In this document: positions 1 to 10,295 of the stretch, one piece after another
Position numbering within the stretch: position 1 is the first letter of the stretch
Layout: each line of letters starts with the position of its first letter
Position numbers and translations under genes: made by a program
The notes under the pieces: generated by a model
What the model saw: only the letters and a program-made list of their open reading frames with translations
Databases searched by the model: none
Told to the model about the DNA's origin: nothing
Assembly: GCA_918797485.1 (NCBI GenBank)
Contig: CAKKNE010000001.1
Coordinates: forward strand, 5,394,001-5,458,000
DNA: 64,000 bases
Direction: 5' to 3'
From: Pelagomonas calceolata
Lineage: Eukaryota

Positions 1-277
1 CGCCGCGCCGGCGGCGGACGGCATGCAATCGGCCGCGGCCGCGGAGGACGGCAAGCCGTCGGCTGCGCCCGTCGATGTGGCCGCGATACTCAAGGCGCGT
101 GCCGCGGCCAAGAAGGGCGGCCGCAAGGGCAAGCCCGCCTCCGCGGCGGCGCAGGCAGCCCTCGCGAACGCCAAGGCGCGGCCGCAGAAGAAGAGCGGCG
201 CCAAGGGCGGCCGGTCGGAGGGGGGCCCGCGTGCGGCGAAGACCGGCAAGAGCCAGAACGACAAGTGCCTGCCGTGA
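1..277 (+). CDS. 3' end of a Lys/Ala-rich hypothetical protein, truncated by the window start
   Basis: Open frame from the window edge to TGA at 275-277, with coding-like GC3-rich codons. Confidence 0.55.
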   Translation, partial: AAPAADGMQSAAAAEDGKPSAAPVDVAAILKARAAAKKGGRKGKPASAAAQAALANAKARPQKKSGAKGGRSEGGPRAAKTGKSQNDKCLP

Positions 278-674
278 GAGTCGCGCAGGAGGCTCGGAGT
301 AATGATAGTGTGACATGACCCGGCGTAGTATCGAGCTGTTGGTTTCAAGAGATCTCGGGATCTCAGGCTCACGGCCGCCGCGACGGCGCCGTCGCACACT
401 GGTCTCGAGATGTCACTCGACGCTTGCGAGTCGACGCCGCGGGCTGGGAGTCGCCACTTCCAAGGCTTTAGAGCTGCAAGCGGCTCGAATATGCCGAAGC
501 TACAGGTAGTTAGCGTAGCCCTCTCTGAAGGCGCTGCACTCGACGACGGGGCTTTTGGGCGCCGGCGACGGTGGACGCGTCCCGAGCGGCTGCCCCGACG
601 TTACTGACGTGACAGGCGACGCATCGCTCGCAGCCCTCCCGCGAAAACAGGCACGCCGGCCGTACACAAGCAAC

Positions 675-3461
675 ATGGCCCAGCAGATCTGCGAGGAGGA
701 CGCCGTCATCCAGCAATTACGGGAGAGCCGGACGGAAGACGAGCAGTATTTTGATGTGCACTTCGGGGGCTTACCTGCGGCTCTGTACAGGGATGAGGAG
801 GACGTGCCGCCGTACGACAGCAACCTGGACGAGCCGATCGTCTGGTTGAGGCCCGGTGAGTTATGTAGGGACCCGCAGTACTTTGTGGATGGGGCCATTG
901 GTGTCTCTGGATGCGTGGTCGAAGGTCGCAATGGAGATGGGTGGCTGTTAGGGGCCATGGCTGCTTTATGGGGCCATCCCGAGTACTTGATCGAAAACTT
1001 GTTCGGTTCTGATCCAGACGACTTCCAGGAGTGGGGCGTCTACACGTGTCGGTTTTACAGGGAAGGCTCGTGGGTGGAGGTCTGTGCGGACACGCGGATG
1101 CCGGCGCTGTCTGGATTTACGGCAGCAGAGGGCGAGGAGCCGACGGGGCCCCAGTGCCTGTACGGGAGATGTGTGGACCCGCGGGAGCAGTGGGTTCAAT
1201 TATTAGAGAAGGCCTACGCCAAGGTTCTGGGGAGTTACGAGGCCCTGTCCAAAGGTAGTGTGACGGAAGCCCTAGTGGATCTCACGGGAGGCTCTGGAGA
1301 AGAAATTCTACTGAATGAAGACTCCGCGAAGAAAACTAGTACATTATTCGAGGAATGTCAAGATTATCTCGAGAACAAGCACGTCCTCTGCGTCACGGCC
1401 GACCCAGCAAACAACGGCCAGGGCGGCGTGCCCTCGCCGGATTTGAAACAGACGGCTTTAGGACTATTACCGGGCCACGCGTACGGTGTGATGCAGTGCA
1501 TCCAGGTGGAGGACAAGAAACTCGTGAGGTTGCGGAACCCGTGGAGCGGGAGGGGCGGCACGTGGAAGGGCCCCTGGGCCGACTCGTCGTCGCAATGGGA
1601 GGACTTCCCGGAGGTGCTCGATGAGTGCCTGAAGCAGGCAAGCGGCTGGACGCGCGAGGAGGACGGCATCGACCAGACCGATGGTTCATTCTTCATGGAG
1701 TTCTCCGACTTCTGCAGCAAGTTCGACACGCTGCATTTATGCCGCTTGTTCGACGACAAACAGTACAAGCAGTATAAAGTTTTAAGTAGTTGGGCAGGCA
1801 AGACCGCCGCGGGGCCCGACGAGGGCGTCCCCGTGAGTACTGATACGGGCTTCGCTAAGCTCATCGCGGCGAAGGCGAAGCCGCGCACGGACAAGGACGC
1901 GTGCTGGTTCAACAACCCCCAGTTTCGGGTGGAAGTGAAGCACAAGTCTACAACTCATATTTCGCTGCTCCAGGGCCCGCCGAAGTCGGGCGAGCGCTTC
2001 GAGCTGTGCCTCGAAGTCATAAGGGAGAAGAAGACGCCGGCCTTGCCGGGCCGCGTCTGGGAGCGCGGCGACGTCTACCGATCTACAGAAGTCAACCAAC
2101 CGGTCATGCGGGAAGTGTCTCTATCTAATGTGGTATTGGAGCCCGGTTACACCTATTGTGTGGTAGCAAGAGCGGCAACAGAGAGAGGCCGGGAAGCGCC
2201 CTTCGCGTTGCGGGTCTTCTCGCCGAGGGAACTCGTGCTGCAGCCGCTCGACGAGTGCGAATCGTCATATTTGCCAGGAAGCTGGAACGGCGCCGCCGAG
2301 GTCGATTCCGCGGGCGGCGCGCCCTTCCATTTTGAGAAAGATCAATTGATCCCGAACCCGACGTTCCGCCAGTCGCCGCAGTATTTCCTGAATTTACCGG
2401 AACCACCACCAGACCACCCCAAGGCCACGACGGGCGAAGTGAACGTGACCCTCGTGCTACGACGGACGGACCCGACGCCGGACAAGGCCCAGAAGGCCCA
2501 GATTGGGTTGTGTGTCTTCCGCGGGCCGGCGCCGGAAGTCGTTTTGGGCAAGAAACACAAAAAGACGGGCCCGAAGGTCAACGCGTTGGGTGAGAAACCG
2601 AAGGGCAAACCTAGTACATTGAAAAAGAAGCGGCGCCAGGCGGCGCAACTGCTCGATGGGTTGGCGGGCCCGCAGCACGGCTGGGACAACGATCTTAGGT
2701 CAGAAGATTCCATCACGACGGCGCCGAAGAAGATCGGCTTGTACCCGAGCGAGTGGCACCGTTTAAGCTCCTTCGGCAACGAGACCGTGGCCGTGCTACA
2801 CTTACCGACGCTCGTCCGATCAAAATTCCCGCACGGCTTGGTCATTACGCCGTGTTTGAGCGAACGAGGTATTAGTGGACAGTACGTTTTAGAATTGCAT
2901 GCGGACTGCCCCACTACTCTAGAAATGATATCAGCTTCTAAGTCGAAAACACTAGCTGGCGAGTGGACCGCAAGACACGCGGGCGGGTCGCACCTCCAGC
3001 CGTCCTGGTCGACGAACCCTATATACAGAGTGCGGTTCGCGGATCCCACCGCGAGGCCGCGGGTCCGCGTCGACCTGACGAGGCCCGCCGAGTACTGGAA
3101 CTCCTCGGACGTCGTCGGCCGGATGATGGGCTTCTACATCCACCGCGCCGACGGGCCGAACGGCACGGGTCCTTCCTTAGATCCGGACCACTGCATCATG
3201 CACGTCGATCCCAATTTGAAAGATGTGGAGCCGGAGCCCTACACGCAGTCGCCCTTTACACCTTTACATACCGTGCAAACACCACAAGCTTTTAGATTGG
3301 ACAAGTCCGAGGATCCCTTCTTAATTGTGCCGGCGACGTACGCGCCGGGCCAGACGGGGCCTTTTTTTCTCTCGGTCACGAGCGACGTCGACTTCACGCT
3401 GACGGCGGCGCAGGGCTGCTCCGTGCCGGCGGAGCCTGTTGCGGCGGCGGCGACGGAGTAA
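675..3461 (+). CDS. Calpain-family protein (CysPc + domain III repeats), catalytic Cys replaced
   Basis: Motifs W.RP.EL, EGRNGDGWLLGAM, WVQLLEKAYAK, ALVDLTGG, GHAY, LRNPW, WFNNPQF, IVPATYAPGQTGPFFLSV; first ATG at 675. Confidence 0.9.
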   Translation: MAQQICEEDAVIQQLRESRTEDEQYFDVHFGGLPAALYRDEEDVPPYDSNLDEPIVWLRPGELCRDPQYFVDGAIGVSGCVVEGRNGDGWLLGAMAALWGHPEYLIENLFGSDPDDFQEWGVYTCRFYREGSWVEVCADTRMPALSGFTAAEGEEPTGPQCLYGRCVDPREQWVQLLEKAYAKVLGSYEALSKGSVTEALVDLTGGSGEEILLNEDSAKKTSTLFEECQDYLENKHVLCVTADPANNGQGGVPSPDLKQTALGLLPGHAYGVMQCIQVEDKKLVRLRNPWSGRGGTWKGPWADSSSQWEDFPEVLDECLKQASGWTREEDGIDQTDGSFFMEFSDFCSKFDTLHLCRLFDDKQYKQYKVLSSWAGKTAAGPDEGVPVSTDTGFAKLIAAKAKPRTDKDACWFNNPQFRVEVKHKSTTHISLLQGPPKSGERFELCLEVIREKKTPALPGRVWERGDVYRSTEVNQPVMREVSLSNVVLEPGYTYCVVARAATERGREAPFALRVFSPRELVLQPLDECESSYLPGSWNGAAEVDSAGGAPFHFEKDQLIPNPTFRQSPQYFLNLPEPPPDHPKATTGEVNVTLVLRRTDPTPDKAQKAQIGLCVFRGPAPEVVLGKKHKKTGPKVNALGEKPKGKPSTLKKKRRQAAQLLDGLAGPQHGWDNDLRSEDSITTAPKKIGLYPSEWHRLSSFGNETVAVLHLPTLVRSKFPHGLVITPCLSERGISGQYVLELHADCPTTLEMISASKSKTLAGEWTARHAGGSHLQPSWSTNPIYRVRFADPTARPRVRVDLTRPAEYWNSSDVVGRMMGFYIHRADGPNGTGPSLDPDHCIMHVDPNLKDVEPEPYTQSPFTPLHTVQTPQAFRLDKSEDPFLIVPATYAPGQTGPFFLSVTSDVDFTLTAAQGCSVPAEPVAAAATE

Positions 3462-3945
3462 GGGTGTCTAGCTAGGTCTTTTTTTGGGGAAGGGGTGTTG
3501 CTTAGAGCTGCCAGGCCACCTGGCCGCCGCGCCGACGCGAGGCCCGCCACCCGCGTGACCGCACCGCCCCAAGCCATCATGCACCGTCGCCCCGAGTGTT
3601 AGCTCGGAGGCGGTGACTGCGGGGGGCTCTGCGAGCAGGTTCTATCCGAGCTAGGTGCTACGACGAGTTTGGCCCCGGGCGAATTGCGACGGGGCGGCGG
3701 CCGCTCTGGGATCCTACTAGACGTGTATTTCCATTGCATCTGAGGTTAAAGACGTATTACCCAACGCTGTAAAACTCGATAAGCGCGCCATTCCCAACAT
3801 CTTACAGCCATGCTCCGTCTACAACAAGAGCACAAATGTGCTTGAGTTACAAGTTGAAACGAAAAAAGGTGCGGGTTGCCCCTATTCCAAAAGGTTCTTT
3901 AAAGAACCTTTTGGACTACGACAAGAATAAAACACGCGACCCTAC

Positions 3946-4650
3946 TTACTTTGCCGCCGGCCCGAGCTGGCGCAGGAACTGGTCGAGGTGCTGGCCCTGG
4001 TACTTGAGGAAGTCGATCTCGTCCTTGCGCTTCTTGTCGGCCATGGCCTTGTGCTCCGACGCTCTCTTTTCCACGACCTCGACGCCGTTCCGGAGCTCGA
4101 GGACGCGGTTCTCCAGATCCTTGTTCTCGGCCTCGAGCTCGGCGACCCTCCCTTGGAGCTCTGCCATGCCTTGTTCGGCTTGGAGCTGCTTGCGGACTCC
4201 AAAAGTCACCGACGAGTCGTACAATACCTTGTAGGCGTCGACCGTCATCCGGACCTCGTCCCGGACGCGCAGGAGCAACAAGCCGCGCTCGGGTCCATCC
4301 AACGTCAGCTGCCGGATCAGTTCGTCGAAGCATTGCGCGTAGAGGTCCTCTCTGACCGGGCAGATGCCCGCGTCGCGCGCCTGTCGCTCGAGCAGTTTGG
4401 CATCCAACGCCTCCTGCATCGCGATGACGTCCGTGCGCGACGCCGGCGCCTTGGACACGTACTGCATCCACGTGCCCGTGGGCTCGGTCCACTCGCGCGG
4501 CGGCAGCATGGAATTCACCATCTCGCCGAGCTGGCCGCCCGCCGCCGTGCCGGGCTTGGCCGCGCTGTCGGCGCCATCGAAGCCCACGAAGAGGGGCTCG
4601 TCGTGCTTGAGAAGGCTCGCGGGCGGCGCGCAGGCCGGCGGCTCGGCCAT
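3946..4650 (-). CDS. DNALI1: Axonemal inner-arm dynein light chain p28
   Basis: NSMLPPREW, RQARDAGICPVREDLYAQCFDELIRQ, ERGLLLLRVRDE, LYDSSVTFGVRK. Confidence 0.93.
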   Translation of the reverse strand: MAEPPACAPPASLLKHDEPLFVGFDGADSAAKPGTAAGGQLGEMVNSMLPPREWTEPTGTWMQYVSKAPASRTDVIAMQEALDAKLLERQARDAGICPVREDLYAQCFDELIRQLTLDGPERGLLLLRVRDEVRMTVDAYKVLYDSSVTFGVRKQLQAEQGMAELQGRVAELEAENKDLENRVLELRNGVEVVEKRASEHKAMADKKRKDEIDFLKYQGQHLDQFLRQLGPAAK

Positions 4651-5043
4651 GGCTGCGTGTTCCGCCGCGTCGCTGCTTAGACGGGCGTGAGTGGGAGCGT
4701 GGGTCGGTCCTTTGCGCTCGCTACCTCGACGGCTGCCTCGACGGCGTGGTCCTCCCGCCGCAAAGCAAAGCGCTGCCCAGCCCGCTGAGCGGGGAAACAT
4801 AGACCTGGTGCGGGTTTGTGGCGCGCCGAGGCATCCCGGCAGGCATTAAGGACGGCCCGGGAACGCTCCCTGGTCGCCCCGGCCCGTGGAGGCTTCCGGC
4901 CCCATTTCTCAGTCGGCTCGACACCATGATGTATGGGCAGCCATATGGGCAGCCCTGGATCACCCAGCACTGGAGGCATCGCTGCTGACATTGCTGCGGA
5001 TACACTGCAAAGCTCTGACGCGCTGCGTGAGCGCCCAAACAAG

Positions 5044-6165
5044 ATGCGATGGCTACTCCTCATCTTCCTGCCGGCAGCATCTGCAGAATGCCAGGCCGCA
5101 GCAGTCATACTGTCACCCGGCGCGCGCGTCGACAGCGGCCGCGAGGTCAAGCTCATGGACTCCGGCGGCGCCGGCTGCGAGAGTTGCTGGGAGCTGACGC
5201 ATCCCGCGCTGGCGCCGATCGGGGGCTGCTTCGAGGCCGGCACGGCCGTCGACGTCGCGCTTCCCGCGAACGGTGGGTACGTCGCAAGGCTGCGCCTGCG
5301 CGACGTCGCCACGCAAGCAGTCGTGGCGGAGGCCGAGCGAGAGTTCGTCGCGGGCCCCCCGGAAAAGTGCGCGGCGCGGCTGCGCGCGAGGAGCGACCTG
5401 GCCACGAACTACCGCGAGGCCATCGAGCGGGAGGGGCGACGCGCGTTCGGCGTGGAGGGCAACGGCTCCGCCGTGCAGCGCTCGGAGGTCTATATTGACC
5501 TCGAGGCGTCGCCGCTCTGCTACGGCGTCGTGGGCACGTCGCGCGAGGCTGTGCTCGGCACGGCGAGCGGGGCGCGCGGCTTCTGGGGCGTCGACTTTGG
5601 ACGGCAGGAGTTCGGCCACGGCGACCGCATCCTGCTGGACTTCGTGCTGTCGAGGCACCGCGCCGACGTGCGCAACATCGCGGAGTTTGGCACGGGCGGC
5701 GGCATCACGTCCTTCTACCTCGGCGTGGCGGCGGCCTTGCGGGGCGGGACGCTGGACACCTCCGACGTCGTCGACGCGCGGGCGGCCGACGTGCTCAAGG
5801 TGTGGCTGCCGTCGATGCGCTTCCACAAGGCGGACCTTGCGGGCGCCGTCGCGAACGACGCCGTCGACGCCGCGATACGAGCGGCGTCGGTCGTGCTCGT
5901 GGACCACGTCGACCGCCTCGAGTTCTGCCGCGACGTCGTCGCGCCGCGGCTTCCGCGGCGAGGTCTCTTACTGGTGCACGACTTCACGCCGCACGCTGGG
6001 CCAGGACCCACGTTGCATCAGGCGTGGGCGGAAGCTCTCGCACCACAAGGGTTTTCGCGCTTCTACAGGGACTACGGCGACACGTTTTTTTCGTCTCTCG
6101 CAGTGTTCGCGAGACCGGCGGACTTCGACGACTTCCTCGCCGAGGGCGCGAGGGGCATTGTATAG
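5044..6165 (+). CDS. Secreted/ER protein with a class I SAM methyltransferase-like C-terminal domain
   Basis: Signal peptide MRWLLLIFLPAASA; motif I-like IAEFGTGGGITS; LLLVHD. Confidence 0.6.
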   Translation: MRWLLLIFLPAASAECQAAAVILSPGARVDSGREVKLMDSGGAGCESCWELTHPALAPIGGCFEAGTAVDVALPANGGYVARLRLRDVATQAVVAEAEREFVAGPPEKCAARLRARSDLATNYREAIEREGRRAFGVEGNGSAVQRSEVYIDLEASPLCYGVVGTSREAVLGTASGARGFWGVDFGRQEFGHGDRILLDFVLSRHRADVRNIAEFGTGGGITSFYLGVAAALRGGTLDTSDVVDARAADVLKVWLPSMRFHKADLAGAVANDAVDAAIRAASVVLVDHVDRLEFCRDVVAPRLPRRGLLLVHDFTPHAGPGPTLHQAWAEALAPQGFSRFYRDYGDTFFSSLAVFARPADFDDFLAEGARGIV

Positions 6166-6179
6166 TGTGCTATGTATTT

Positions 6180-6824
6180 TTAGAGCCTCCCCCGCATCCG
6201 GTCGGAGATACGCTTCGACAAAGACCGCCGCGGGCGCGGCTCCTCGACGAGCGTCGCCTCGATGGGGTTGTCCCACGAGAGGACCTCGGCCTCCACCGGC
6301 GGCGCCGGCTGCCGCTGTTCGAGGATCATGGCCGCGGCGGCGTCGCGGTCGCCGTTCGTGCGGCGGAGCGCGTCGGCGGCGGTGGCGCGGGGCACGTCGA
6401 GCGCGCGCGCGAGCGCGTCGGCGGCGTCGCCGTTGTCCCGTACAGGCTGTGGTGTCGCCGAATCGCGCAGCGCGGCGAGCGCCGCGCGCTTCCGATCGAT
6501 GACGGCTTGCAGCGCCGAAATATCGCTCCGCGCGGCATTAAATACCAGTGCCAGCGCCTGGCGGTCCGCGGCGCGCAGCGGCGCGTAGGCCTCGACGCCG
6601 AATTGGCGCTTGCGCGCGCGAATTTTGCTTTCGTAGCTCGCGATCTCGCGCTCGAGGCCGAACGCGCCGACGGAGCGCGACGCCGAGGCGACCGCTTCCG
6701 TGAACGCGTCGCCGACGGACGACGCGCTGCGCTGCATGGACGCCACGAGGTCGCCGCGGGGCGGTGCCGGGGCCGGTGCCGCGCGGCCGGGGCGTCGGTT
6801 GCTGCTGCTGAACCGCGCGCCCAT
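6180..6824 (-). CDS. Coiled-coil + UBA-like domain protein with an N-myristoylation motif
   Basis: Starts MGARFS (MGxxxS); ALDVPRATAADALRRTNGDRDAAAAMIL is UBA-like. Confidence 0.6.
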   Translation of the reverse strand: MGARFSSSNRRPGRAAPAPAPPRGDLVASMQRSASSVGDAFTEAVASASRSVGAFGLEREIASYESKIRARKRQFGVEAYAPLRAADRQALALVFNAARSDISALQAVIDRKRAALAALRDSATPQPVRDNGDAADALARALDVPRATAADALRRTNGDRDAAAAMILEQRQPAPPVEAEVLSWDNPIEATLVEEPRPRRSLSKRISDRMRGRL

Positions 6825-7088
6825 TCACTCGCTCGCGCGCTTGATGGCGGCCACGAGGCGCGCGACCTCGAGCTGCGTCGGCGGCTCCTGGCGCACCTCG
6901 TTGCGCTGGCCCGAGAACTCCGAGTTCACGCTCGCGAGCTCCTCCTTGGTCGGCAGCTTTTCGTTTTGGGGCGCAGGCTGCTTCAGGAGTTGCTCGACGG
7001 CGGCGCCGAAGTTTGACATCTCTCTCTGGGCTTGTTTCAGGTGGTCGAGGGATGGTGGGACGGTCCTGGAAGTCACAAGTTTTGACAT
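6825..7088 (-). CDS. Short ORF (87 aa) directly abutting the downstream gene in frame
   Basis: ATG at 7088; TGA at 6827-6825 is immediately followed by the ATG at 6824. Confidence 0.35.
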   Translation of the reverse strand: MSKLVTSRTVPPSLDHLKQAQREMSNFGAAVEQLLKQPAPQNEKLPTKEELASVNSEFSGQRNEVRQEPPTQLEVARLVAAIKRASE

Positions 7089-7174
7089 GCAGTGTTGGCT
7101 GCCTTTTCTCTGTTGTTCGTCGTCAACTGTAACAGCGCTATCAAGCCGCAAATGTGAAGCAGCCTGCCGGTCGA

Positions 7175-7197
7175 GCTAGCGGTGGTAAGACACTAGC
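7175..7197 (+). promoter_or_regulatory. Bipartite intergenic motif copy
   Basis: gctagcg-gtg-gtaagacactagc between divergent genes. Confidence 0.7.
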
Positions 7198-7328
7198 CCC
7201 ATTGCGAGCTCGAGCTCCAGGGCGGTATAACTCGTAGTCTTTCATAGCGTGACCGCGCATCGATCACATTCGTGGCCTCACGACCGCCACCGACGCGCTG
7301 CCGCTGCACGACGAGCGTAGGAGCACCC

Positions 7329-8453
7329 ATGGCCTTCTTGCAGGAGCTCGCAGACCTGACGCTCGCGCCAAAGTCCGAGGCAGAGATCGATGCGCTCATG
7401 ACTGCGGCGGCACCGGCGCCGGCACCCGCACCGGACGCCAGCAGCAGCGACGACGACGGCGCCGTCGACGTGCAGGCGAGCAGCGACGACGACGACTTCG
7501 ACGGCAGACCGGCGCTCGCCGACGCGACGTACGCGCTGGCCACGCGCTGCACGCTCGAGGCCGCGAGCCCGTTCCCCTGGAAGCACGCGACGGCGCGCGG
7601 CCGCGCCGCCGGCGCCGCGTCCTTCACGAAGCGCGAGGGCGGCGGCGACCCCGCGGAGACGTACCGCGCGGCGTCGCTGCGCTGGGAGTACGACGAGGCG
7701 CAGCTCCGGGCGTCCGTGGAGCGCGGCGACGGCGAGTGGTGCATGGCGCTCTACGACGCCTACGAGGGCTGGCGCGCCGGAAACGCCGAGAGCGTCTACG
7801 CGCGCGCGGGCGGCCTCGCGGTGCTCTGGACGCGTCACGAGGACGAGGAGACGGTGCTGGTGTCGTCGACGGAGCGCCGGGCCTTCGACGCTTTCGTCAA
7901 GGCCGTCGACGCCGCCGCGAAGCGGTCGGAAGTCATCCGGGGCGCGCGCGACGTCGCCGCGGCGCGGGGCCCGACGGCGTGCCGCGCGGCGCTCAACGCG
8001 GTTTTGAATAGTGACGTGAAGGAGCGGCCGCGGCGGCGCGGCCAGGCGGAGGACGACCCGCGCTTGACATATTGCGTCCTCTCGGACGGCGCGTTCCAGC
8101 ACGCGGCCATGAAGCCCCTTTCCTTGGTCTTCAACCGGCCGGTCAAGGTGCCCGGCGCCGACGACAAGCACCGGTTCGTGGTCGAGGGCTGGCTCCAGCC
8201 CGTCTGTGCGCGGCGCCTCGCGCGCGCGGCCGACGCGGCGCGCGCGATCAACTTCGTGGAGTTGGATGATGCCACAGCGATCTTCGACCGCGCGGACGTG
8301 CGGCAGCGCCTCGCGGAGCTCTGCGTGCCGGCGCCGGCGCCGGCGCCGGCGCCGCCAGCGGAAGACGACGGCATCATCGCTGCGGCCAGCGACGACGAGG
8401 ACGACGGCGCGCCGCCGCCGGCGAAGAGGCCCATGCCTTCGCCAACTAGTTAA
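7329..8453 (+). CDS. DONSON-like replisome protein
   Basis: Blocks AASPFPW, SVYARAGGLAVLW, VLSDGAFQHAAMKPL and FVVEGWLQP resemble DONSON conserved blocks, in order. Confidence 0.55.
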   Translation: MAFLQELADLTLAPKSEAEIDALMTAAAPAPAPAPDASSSDDDGAVDVQASSDDDDFDGRPALADATYALATRCTLEAASPFPWKHATARGRAAGAASFTKREGGGDPAETYRAASLRWEYDEAQLRASVERGDGEWCMALYDAYEGWRAGNAESVYARAGGLAVLWTRHEDEETVLVSSTERRAFDAFVKAVDAAAKRSEVIRGARDVAAARGPTACRAALNAVLNSDVKERPRRRGQAEDDPRLTYCVLSDGAFQHAAMKPLSLVFNRPVKVPGADDKHRFVVEGWLQPVCARRLARAADAARAINFVELDDATAIFDRADVRQRLAELCVPAPAPAPAPPAEDDGIIAAASDDEDDGAPPPAKRPMPSPTS

Positions 8454-9986
8454 TTATTGTTACCGAATACATCCACAATTGTGATATCCGCCGGCCGTTT
8501 CAGGTGCGCGTGCTCGCGGCGGCGCAAATCCACGTAAACGCCGCCGTGCTCGTCGACGCGTGCCGTGTAGCTACACGACGGGCCGTAGGTCCGGTTCAGC
8601 GAGGCCCACGCGTCGTGCGGGACGAAGACCTCCAGGTCGTACATGGCCAACGCTTCGCGCGGCGCGAACTCGCCCGGCCCAAAGTACTCGTCCTGGAAGA
8701 ACGCGACCTCGGGCCCGCGGAAGCGCCCCGCCGCGTCCCAGCGGTCGCCCTGCAACAGGTTGCCCCGGTCAATGTCCTCGGGGATCACGAGGTAGTCGAG
8801 CGGGCCCGCTTCATGTGAAAACGCCGCAACGACCCTAGGAAACGGCGGCCAAGACGTCCAGCCGAACCGCTTGCCGTGCGTCCAGGGGGCGTAGGAGGAC
8901 GCCGCCAGCACCAGGACGTCGAGCTCGCACGCCGTCGACGTCGCGTGGAAGGCCTTGTACCCAAAGCCGCAGCACTCGTCGCCGCGCCCGTCGACGAAGC
9001 CCCGCCACAGCAGCGCGCCGCAGGCGGCGGCGTCCCGACGGCCCGGCGCGCATTTTTGTAACCGCTCCGCGAGCGCCGCGGCGTCCCGCGCCGGGATGTA
9101 GACGTCGACGTCGTGCTCCCAGGGCAGGAGCCCGGCCGGCTCGGACCGCAGCGCGCCCAGCAGCGTCCCCGCGCCCAGCGTCCAGTCGAGACCCGCCGCG
9201 ACGCGCGTGAACGACTTGAGCAGCTCGTAGTTGCACTGCGCGGCGCCGGCCGTCGGCTCCAAATCCTCGGCGGCGACGACGGCGCGCGTTCGGACGTGGC
9301 GGTGCATCGCATAAGCGAGCGCCGCGAGAACCGCCCCGACCACGAAGCGCCGTCGCCGCGGCTTCCGCAACACGTAGACGTGGACGGCCTGGTTCCGCTC
9401 GTTCCGGAGCGTGTCGACCGTGTGCGAGGCCCAGGGCACGCGCTGCAGATGTCTTAGACGCGTCTCCGAGAAGCTGACCACGAACAGAACGCCGCCCGGC
9501 CGCAGGACGCGGAACACGCCCCGGACATACTGCTCCGCGCGCCGCGCCGCCTGCTTCGCGTCCCGGTCGCAACAGAACGCGTCGAGCGTGCCCTTGTCGA
9601 GGACGGCGTCGAACGAGTTAGGGGCGAAGGGCAGGTCCAGGCAGTCGGCCACGCGCCAGTCGCCGTCCGGGCGCCGCCGGCGCATCGCCTCCACACATTC
9701 CGGCGCCACGTCGACGTTGACGGCGCCGAGGTCCGCGCCGACCGTGGACGTGCCGCAGCCCGCGTGGAGGACGCGCCGCGCGGCGCCGACGCGGCGGCGC
9801 CAGAGCGGCGCGAGCGGGCGCCAGCCGCAGAGCCACTCGAAGGCGGCGTCCTGCGTCGCGTAGCGGTCGTGCCAGTAGCTCGCGTCGGCGTACGACTCCT
9901 GGTTTTGTTGGAGGTCGTCGCTCGTGTGCACGGTCTCCGGCCGGGCGCGTCGGCGGAGCTGAGTGCTGAGCTCGGTGGGGTCCATC
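8450..9986 (-). CDS. EEF1AKMT4/METTL13-like methyltransferase + TM helix + LicD-type nucleotidyltransferase fusion
   Basis: SYWHDRY..AFEWL, VLHAGCGTS, FDAVLDKGTLDA; TM FVVGAVLAALAYA; GTLLGALR..LLPWEHDVDV. The start is near 9985-9988. Confidence 0.8.
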
Positions 9987-10210
9987 AATCTGCGACACTT
10001 GACGACCGTAGGCGAGCGATGCGTGCTTCCTTCGCCGCTTTCGCTTTCCCTTGGAGCTGGTGCTGAGGGCTGAGTGCTGGGTTTGGCTCAGCGGTGCTCG
10101 TTTCGACTGCGGGCGGCTTTGCGCTGTCGCAGAAGCTTCTGCGAGTCCTTGAAAGCGCACGCACGATTAGTCAGCCGCAAAGGCTGCTGTTTTGGCTTTT
10201 TTGCCTTAAT

Positions 10211-10233
10211 GCTAGTGCCTTACAGCCGCTAGC
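10211..10233 (-). promoter_or_regulatory. Bipartite intergenic motif copy
   Basis: Reverse complement reads gctagcg-gct-gtaaggcactagc; between divergent genes. Confidence 0.7.
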
Positions 10234-10295
10234 TAAAAAGCAGGGCCGCGTTGAAGGTGAGAACGCGTGCGCGACGCATCAATTTGACGCTCGAA

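Noticed and set aside
275..365. TGA stops of the first gene (and of the MYND gene at 60687) as Sec codons
   Set aside because: No recognisable homology continues past the stop, and no convincing SECIS fold was found.
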